Below, piece by piece: positions 55,901 to 64,000 of a DNA stretch of 64,000 nucleotides. Each line of letters begins with the position of its first letter. Position 1 is the first letter of the stretch. Source of the stretch: Camelus dromedarius (Eukaryota); the NCBI RefSeq assembly GCF_036321535.1, contig NC_087436.1:55802001-55866000 (forward strand), given 5' to 3'. The notes below the pieces were generated by a model. That model did no database searches. It was not told where the DNA came from and worked only from the letters and a program-made list of their open reading frames with translations. Both the position numbers and the translations under genes were made by a program.

Positions 55901-56565
55901 TGTGTCAAAATTTAACATGTTATATCACTAATGTTCAAATTTATTTAAAATATTTCCTTTTTTTCCTAAGAGTAAAATTAACCCAAATCAAAAAATCAGT
56001 GAATATCAGAATTTTGCTCTTGTTGGTTTTCTCCAATGTGAATTTTACAAAAAAAAAATAACAAATGAAATGCAGTAAGTTGAGAATGTGACTTATTCTT
56101 AGATAGCTAAAATATAAACTTTAATAGCTTTGGAGTTATGTGGACAAGTGCTTTCAGTCGTAAAACAGTTTTTAAGTAGCTGGAGCTGTGTCTTTTAGTT
56201 CTTGACATCATTATTAAATTCAAACAATATAGCATTCTCCACTAATTCTTTGAAAATAATTAAGACTGGGTCTAATTTAAGATCATCTCTGTCCTAATTT
56301 GTTGATACTCTGAACAATTCTTATTATTCTTTGAGATTAGTGTTTCCCTTTGCTTATGTATAATGAATCACCTAGGATTACATAATAGTCAGGAACATTT
56401 TCTTTCATTTTTCTTTTCTTAATGCTTAGAAAGAAGTTCATAAAAGGGTTGCTGTCACCTCATATGTCCATAAGTGACAATCGAGGAATGAGGTGATTTT
56501 TCTAAACACCGACAGGACTTTACTTCCATTCCAGTTTTCGGTGTGGTGTTACAACGTCACCTCAC

Positions 56566-56675
56566 CTCCAGAAGAGTAACCAGGGATTTGCTTTGTAGAG
56601 TTTACTGCTCCAATGTACCAAAATGGCTAGAGAGGAACTGAGTTGGAAACAGAACCCGATATTGCCATTTTCTTC
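56566..56675 (-). other. putative exon of the minus-strand gene with alternative acceptors (exon starts 56790, 56675 or 56626)
   Basis: long pyrimidine tract before ggatttAG; donor GAG|GTGAGG; no recognisable repeat nearby. Confidence 0.45.
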
Positions 56676-58189
56676 CTAAATCCCCAAAAGTAGGAGAATG
56701 GTAATGATAGGGAGGCAGGAGAGAGGTGCAGTGCAGCAAAAGAATCAGTGGAAGGCTCAGTTCTGCTCTCATCTCTTTGATGCCCTATTTCTGTAAAACT
56801 AAAGTTCTGTGTATTCTGAATTCCACTGCACATATAGAAAAAAAATTTTGTCTAGGATGGGTTCAAAAAATGGTAATAACTGATTTTCTTACTGGCCACT
56901 GTATTCCATGTAGCATAGACAGATGCTCAACAATTCCTTAATGAAAGAATACATGATCTCACAAATAAAATATATTCCACTTAAAGCTTTGTGGACTCCT
57001 AGAGAGTATTTTCTCTGAAAATATGGGTAGTTCCTGTCTTCTTTATTGAAAAACAACACCTAATATTATGATCCTCGCACATGGTAGTGAAATGAAAGAA
57101 AAATGATCAGATGAAAGAATACTAATATGATGCAAAAAGAAAAGTATTTCCACACAGCAGCATTTTTTTCCCTCAAGTTAAATGTGAGCAGTTTCAAGGT
57201 GGAGTGGTATTAAAATAAACAACATATAAAAGGGCAAATGTGTTATTTTAAGATATGTATATCACATTTGGGGAGGGGGGAACCTAAAAAGAAAACTGTA
57301 TGTTTCTTGTTTTTCCAACTCAAATTTTTATCAAAAATTACATCAAAGTTAAAATACAATCTCACTGTCTACTGTGACCATCAGAACATGAGGTAAACAA
57401 AGGCATTAATTTACCATAATTTATCTTATGGATTTAATCTTATAGATGAGGTATTATTAAATCTAATATATAGATTTTTAAAAACAAAATATAGAAAGCT
57501 ATTGCTCCAGAAAAAAAATTACTATAATAATACAATAATAACACTTGTAAATATAAATAATTTACTTTTAAACTGGTATCTCTCACGAAAAGGTGAAGGG
57601 AGACCAAGCTACATGGAAGACTCTGGGTAACTCAGAACACTCTAAGGGGGGAACAAGTCACCCAGGAAAGGATTTTAAAGCAAAGAGTAGTCTCAAAAAT
57701 TGGGCCTTGGCAATTCTATTCCATTGGCAGCCTTTGCTGAGATGCAAATTTGGTCTAACAGGAGGCAGTAAGACTGACTACTGGGACCAGTGGTAAAAAA
57801 AGAAGTGTGCTTGGACTCAGTCTGGCCTCCAGAAACAGTTTCACAAAAATGCAGCTGGAGAGCAGGCACCATGTGGATTTCAGGGGTCATAGGACAAAAA
57901 CTTAGAAGGCCTTGGTGTAATCTATGATTCCCCAAAAACTAAACAGAGAGACTGGTCTTCTACAAAGTTATTTAGGGACTTACACTTGGTAATGTAGATG
58001 AATCACTAAGAGGTCAATTTTACTTTCAAACATTTCAGCCTGAACTAAGAACTGCTTTCTAGATACTACTAATTAGTGGAATAGAAGATTTTAAAAATTA
58101 TATTAAAGTGTATTTATATAATTTATACATTATATTCATGTTATATATGTATTATATACATATATAATACATCTATATATTAATAATAA

Positions 58190-58430
58190 TAGTAATAATT
58201 TACCACATGATTGAACAGTAACCATGTGTCAGGTTCATGATGACCACTATGCATTATCTCATTTATTCCTTACAGCAACTTTGTGAGGAGTTAGTGTCAC
58301 TCCGATTTTATACATAAGGAAATTGAAGTATAGAGAGTCTAAGGAACTTGTGAATTTCCCAAAGTCATTCATCTAATTCATAGTACAGCTGGCCTTCCAA
58401 TCTGGGCCTACCTGACAATATGGGCCACAC
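58190..58430 (-). mobile_element. MIR SINE
   Basis: 'atctcatttattccttacagcaactttgtgagg...taaggaaattgaag'. Confidence 0.7.
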
Positions 58431-59189
58431 TAATACTTAGGCTTTATTTCAGGCTGGGCTTCAGAGCTATTTGGAGAAAGGTGGGGCTGTCTATAGGCAG
58501 CAGAATATTCCTTGTACACAATAGGGCAAGGATGGGGTAGGAAACAAGGAGAAGTAGATAGCCAGACACACTGTGAACTCTGAGATTTGTTCAGATTTGA
58601 TTAATACTGTTTTTCTACAAAGATTATATTACTGATAATTAGTCATCATTTATTCTTAATTATCTTTTTACTGTTTTGCTACTAAAACTGTAAGTTGAAC
58701 TCCTTTAGATCCCTACAGCTTTATTACAAGCCAATGAATGCATACAAACCAAGAATACAGATAATCCAAAAAAAGATGAGCCTGAAAATACACTCTTAAA
58801 AACCTATAAAACAAAACTGAAGAGAAATTTATTTATAGGGCTGATTCAACATGTCGGATTTATCCACCTCCATACATTTTCATTTGAACCATCTGTCATT
58901 CTATTTCTAGAATACTTAATTGCATTTTTTATTTGTAAAAACTAGGGAGAAAATATTCAAGTATGAAGCATGGAATTGTAATAATTATTTTAGTGTATGC
59001 TTAATTTATTTATGTTATAGTAATGCATCTCTAAATATTGTAGGTACTTTTAATCTTAAAGCATTAGTTAGTGACTATTTTCTGTACTTGTATAATGCCA
59101 AACATCTGGATAAAAACTTAAAATTTCAGTCAATCTTTCGGAATTCTCTTTTAGTTGATGCCACAAATATTGATTTTTGATCTTTTCCA

Positions 59190-59630
59190 AGTGTGGGAGA
59201 TGGCCAGATGTACATCAGCATTGATAGTCCTCTTTTCCTGGGCACGTAGCTCATGTATACTTATTGCCAGTCTACTCTGCAACTGGGCTGGATCAAGTGA
59301 CTGAGCTTCAACCAATGGAATGTGAGTGCAACAAACATGTGCCATTTCAAGGCCTTGATCATAAAAATCTCCCTTATATATTCTTCCATATTTTTTTCTC
59401 TTCCAACTAACTCAGGTGGTGGCTGCAACACCCACCCCAGGACAAACTTGGAAGCTGCATATTTAATACAGTGAAGCTACTGTTGCTTGTTTCTCTCATT
59501 GTTTTGAGGAGAGGAGAAGAGCAACTTCCTCACTCCCACTGCCAAGTTTCCTATCACTAAACTGCCTTGTGAGCAACGAAAGTTTCTATTTTATGGAGCT
59601 TTTATCTTTACAGCCTGGTATACCCTAATT
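59190..59630 (+). mobile_element. MaLR LTR (MLT1J-like)
   Basis: 'gtgactgagcttcaaccaatggaatgtgagtg...tgccatttcaaggcc'. Confidence 0.65.
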
Positions 59631-59759
59631 TGTATTTTAGATGACTGATTTTTTTCTATTATTTTACAGATATTTACATTTGATTTATTTTTGTTCAAGG
59701 ATTGAATTCTGGTATCAGTTTTTCAGTCATTTGAGTCGCATTTCCAAGGACCATGAGAA

Positions 59760-60220
59760 TGTGTCTCACAGACCTCTTTTCAGAGGGAATAGAATTAACC
59801 AAGGGCCCTAGACTGTATTTGGAAATCCATCACCACGTTTGAGCTGAGCACATATCTGCTGCAGCTGCTCACAGTCAGTGAATGTCTATGGAAAGGATAG
59901 TACGGTCAACTTGTTCAAGGAAAACTTAAGATGTCCCTGACAACTGACACTGACTTGAAGACAGCACAATAGTTTTGCCAAAATAGAACCTTCATTGGAC
60001 TGCAAGTCAATCCTAGGATGTGTCTGTCCATTGTTGTCTTCGTCTTTCTTTCACCCATGTCAGATTTCATGGTAATGTGATGACTCTCCTAGTCTTACCC
60101 AGCTGCCCAGCCTTACCTGACTCCTTCCCCTTCTTTCACACAGGCATTTCTCCTACTAAAAACTCTTGCACTTTTAATCTCGTCCTAGCATCTGTTTCTC
60201 AGAAGACCTGAACTAATGCA
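59760..60220 (+). mobile_element. ERVL LTR (LTR16A-like)
   Basis: 3' end 'aaactcttgcacttttaatctcgtcctagcatctgtttctcagaagacctgaactaatgca'. Confidence 0.7.
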
Positions 60221-60267
60221 GACCCCTTCTATGTACAAATGATAACTTGGAATACTTGGGATACACC

Positions 60268-60715
60268 ATATATTACTTTCAAAGTGCCGCTGTAAGAAAG
60301 CATCACAAACTTGATGGCTAAAACAATAGAAGTGTGTTGTCTTACAGTTATGGAGGCTAGAAGTTCAAGATCACAGTGTTGGCAGGGTTGGTTCCTTCTT
60401 AGGGCTGTTTCTTGCCTCTCTCCTAGTTTCTGCCAGTTTGCTGGCAATCTTTGGTGTTCTTTGGCTTGTATACACATCATTCCAGTCTTTGGCTTGACAT
60501 TCTCCCTGTGTGCATATCTGCATCCTAATTTCTCCTTTTTATAAGGATGCTAGTCAAATTGGACTAAGGCCCAGCCTAATGATCTCATATTGACTTGATC
60601 ACCTCTGGAAAAACCCTATTCCAAATCAGGTCACATTCTGAGGTCCTGGTTGTCAGGCCTCCAACATATCTTTTGTTTGTAGTGGGAAGGGAGTGCACAA
60701 TTCAATCTGTAATAT
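60268..60715 (-). mobile_element. MaLR LTR (MLT1C-like)
   Basis: 'tcttacagttatggaggctagaagttcaagatcacagtgttggcagggttggttcct', 'aggtcacattctgagg'. Confidence 0.85.
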
Positions 60716-62009
60716 ACTTATCAAACAATCACAGTATTATGTATCTCATATGTTAGAAATTTGCAGATGACACATTTATGGAACTGCCTTTTTGAAGTAG
60801 ATATCACAACATGGTAAAAATCCATAGATTATCATAAGAGTGAGTATAAAACATTGTCTTTTATCTTTCAAAATACTTCAAATCCTGTAGGAATATGACT
60901 AAATACTTTATCAATCCAATAAAAATTTTTCCGTGATACAATTTCCATGATACAATTTTTACTACATGATATAATTTTTACTGCAACACAATCCAAATAT
61001 AAGAGCCAAAACCTCACAAATAGACCAACTTGCTGAAGAAGCACCTAGGGGATAACAATTTATAAATTGATTCAGATTACTTATCATAGATTTTTATTTG
61101 ATACAATATGTTAACTTGGATCTTTAGAGGAAGTTTGATGTCCTAAATGTGATATATTGTTTACTTTTTAAGATGAATACATAGTATGTGCAAGATGCTG
61201 ACCCATCCCTGTCCCTTTCCCTCAGGGCTTAATCATCTGAAACAGACAAAACAGAACAAATGGCTAAGTGTGTATTATCTTTTTTTTTTTTCCATAATGA
61301 AATGAAAGTTTGTAAGCATACCATAAATCATCACATTATTTCAGGCAAGCTGGGAATTCCATTCATTTATTCAAAAACACCTTGGGATATCTTTTAAACT
61401 CCAGTCTCTGGGCCAGGCACTAAAGATAAAAAGACTAATGAAACACATTCCCTCAATGAGCTCACAATTCCAGTAGATAATAAAACATTAACTATGTTAT
61501 AACCTGGTACATGTGATATTATGGGATTGCACTGGGATCCCATAGGAAAAATTAAACAAAAGGAAGAAAATCATCATATCAGCTCCTGCTAGTTTAAAAT
61601 TGCACTTGGTTTCTGTCACTCTACAATTTCTCCAAACTTTCCACTAAAACAACAAATGAAACAAACACACAAAAAAAGCTTACATGAATACTTAATACTA
61701 AGACCACTACTTAATAAGCCTCAAGAAACAGAAAACTTTGATAAACTTCAAAGCAGTTCAAATTGGCCCATCAGAGTTCTACAGCTATGAACACAAGTCC
61801 CATAATTGTTTGTTGCTTTTATTTCAATGGTATTTTCCACATTTGTGTGTGTGTATGTGTGTGTGTGTTTTCTTTATGGATGCTTAATGTCAAGGATTAT
61901 TAGTTTTTGTGTGGTCATATTTATTGATGTTTTGTGTTTCAACAGCCATTTAAACTTGATTACTTCTAAAAGAGTAAATAGTTTTTTTCCAAAGGGAAAA
62001 TATATTTAA

Positions 62010-63030
62010 AAGTAACACGTTTATTAAACATTTATTGTGCCCCAACTATGTCTCAGGTCTAAATTCAGGTTTGAATTAGAACATCTGCAAAACATAATCC
62101 TAGCCATGAGAAAGTTTAGAGTCATGCATTTGAGACAAGCAAAGAAATCAGCAATAGCAATATAAAGTCATAAAGGTTTCAAAACTGATAAACTCATAGA
62201 GAAATATGGTAATTTAGAAGAGAGTCCTATAATTTTGGGGAGTGATACTAGCGTTTTGGAACTATCACTCTGGCTGTGGGAAGTAAAATAGTGAAAAGTA
62301 GGTAAGATACCCGCATGAGAAGTATCAATTTAGGAATTAGGCAGATGAGGATTGAGAACAAGGGCCATTATTGGCAGAGAAGATACAATTTTCACAAGGA
62401 AGGAGGAGAGAAGAGAGACAGAGAAAGAGAAATAGAGAGAGACAGTAGAATGTAGGACGGGAAGAGGGAAGAGGGAAGGCAGGGAGGCAGGAAGGGCATG
62501 AGAAGAACACATGGTACAATCACGGAGCTGAAAATTATCTGGAGAATGGAGAACAATGTGTGGAAAGTGGAGAAGGGGCCTATGATGAAACTGGAGAGAG
62601 AGAGGCTGGGTCATAAAGGGGCTTGCACACCATGCTAAGGAACTGTGTGTTAATTGTGAAGATAACAGGGAACTATGGACTGCTTTAAGGCCAGAAAGTG
62701 ACATTGATGTTTTATAAATCTCTTTCTGGTAAATGATTCAAGTAGAGAAGTCTAGAAGCAGGGAGATCAGAAAGGGACAACTGTCATAATAAGCTAGGTG
62801 AGAGACAGTGATGGCCTGAACATAGTCAGTGACAGACAGTAAAGAAGGAAGACCTCGACTTTAGAGTATTAAAAATATAGAATTTACTGTCTTTAATGAC
62901 TGATTAAATACATACGGACTTAAGCGAAAAAATGAGAATGATTTTCATAATACTAATGGGCAAATGGACAGATTATGGAAGCATTTAGGAAAGAAAAACA
63001 GACCTATATGAGGAAATGTATAATTTATTA
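62010..63030 (-). mobile_element. LINE-2 (degenerate)
   Basis: 'aaacatttattgtgccccaactatgtctcagg', 'ggtgagagacagtgatggcctgaac'. Confidence 0.65.
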
Positions 63031-64000
63031 TGTTGGTTCTCATTCATCAACAACATTAGTTTTTTTCTGAAAATAAAAATGTCTCTTCTGTTTTTTATTG
63101 AATTTATTGTAATGATTCTTTTTTCATTTTCATTGCCAGTAGGATAAGGAAGTATTTAATATGTTTTTACTAAACTATTTACTGTTCACTATTGTGTGTG
63201 TTTGTACCTAAGCAGGAAAAACTATTTTGTGTAAGGAATAGTAAAATCTCAGGAAAGGTCTTCAAGGTCTGTTACATTTAATAAATTCTCAATGCTAATT
63301 TGACATAGATGGTTCCATAAGCAAGCTTTCTCCAGAATGTCTTCCAGGGTACTCCAGACTACTTACTATGCATACATAACTAGAAGTAAAATTTCACTAA
63401 TTTGATAACTTTTATGAAAAATACTTTCTTCCTTGTAAAGAAAACATTTTTTTTCTGATAAATAATATGTTTTGAAGTAGGCGGATATTTTTTTAGCCAG
63501 AACTTCTACCAGCACATTCAAACTAGCTCATTTAAGGCTCAATAAAGAGCAAGAGTACTTTCAAGGCAGTTAATATAATAATAACAACAACAACAACAAC
63601 TACAATAATAAATAAATAAACAGAGGGTATATGGCAGAGTGAAGTAACTATGAGTACTCTAAGGAACACATTAAAATGCATGCAATATGCCATATGGTTA
63701 GGGTTTATTCTTCTATAGTCTTTAAGCAGAAGGACTTAAAACATCTAATGTATTATTTTCTACCTATAATACAAAAAGTTCCGCAAAAAAAAAAAAGCTG
63801 ATCATTATATAGGGCAATAAACCACTCTGGGGACAGGGGAAGACAAATTTCACTCTCTGTCATACAGAGAGAAAGATTGGATGTACTACAATCATACGTT
63901 AAATTAATATTAAATGAATGCACAGTACACCTTTTAAAAACACTAAGTACATAGTACAGGCATAATAGGAAATTTTCTCCAGAGATTACTTCCCTAGCAG

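Noticed and set aside
47912..56790. Assigning the 3' exons to a known gene (considered PDE1A, PTGER3, GRIA, GRM, KCNC2)
   Set aside because: None of the translated frames matches the C-termini I recall for these genes, so no symbol is given
57732..57749. SOX-OCT composite element around ATGCAAAT
   Set aside because: The adjacent CTTTG is not at canonical spacing, and a lone octamer is expected by chance
62330..62704. 124-aa Ser/Leu/Pro-rich ORF
   Set aside because: Lies in a GA-rich low-complexity tract inside an L2 remnant

Overview
This is AT-rich mammalian genomic DNA. It is probably camelid, judged from a tRNA-derived SINE resembling camelid Vic-1 and from the L1 3' UTRs; that assignment comes from recall, not a search. 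Most of the window is interspersed repeats: MIR, L2, MaLR/MLT1, LTR16, two MER21-like LTRs, old L1M pieces, and MER5-like DNA transposon remnants. It also has a young 5'-truncated L1 (44087-46452) with an exact 18-bp TSD, an ERV1-type env-PPT-LTR remnant (33775-34690, minus), and an ERVL protease/RT remnant (35430-36560, minus) lying antisense between two MLT2 LTR pieces. No complete host protein-coding gene is present, and the only ORF-track entries with recognisable homology are the L1 ORF2 fragments. The right quarter appears to hold the 3' end of an unidentified minus-strand gene: a ~1.56 kb repeat-free terminal exon with AATAAA signals, candidate upstream exons at 50281-50440 and 56566-56675, and possibly a 13-nt microexon at 63367-63379. 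The most notable structure is a long imperfect RNA hairpin (56485-56569) that would sequester the 5' splice site of the 56.6 kb exon, with a layout reminiscent of the AMPA-receptor R/G editing hairpin. Repeat family names come from recalled consensus features, and old-repeat boundaries are approximate.
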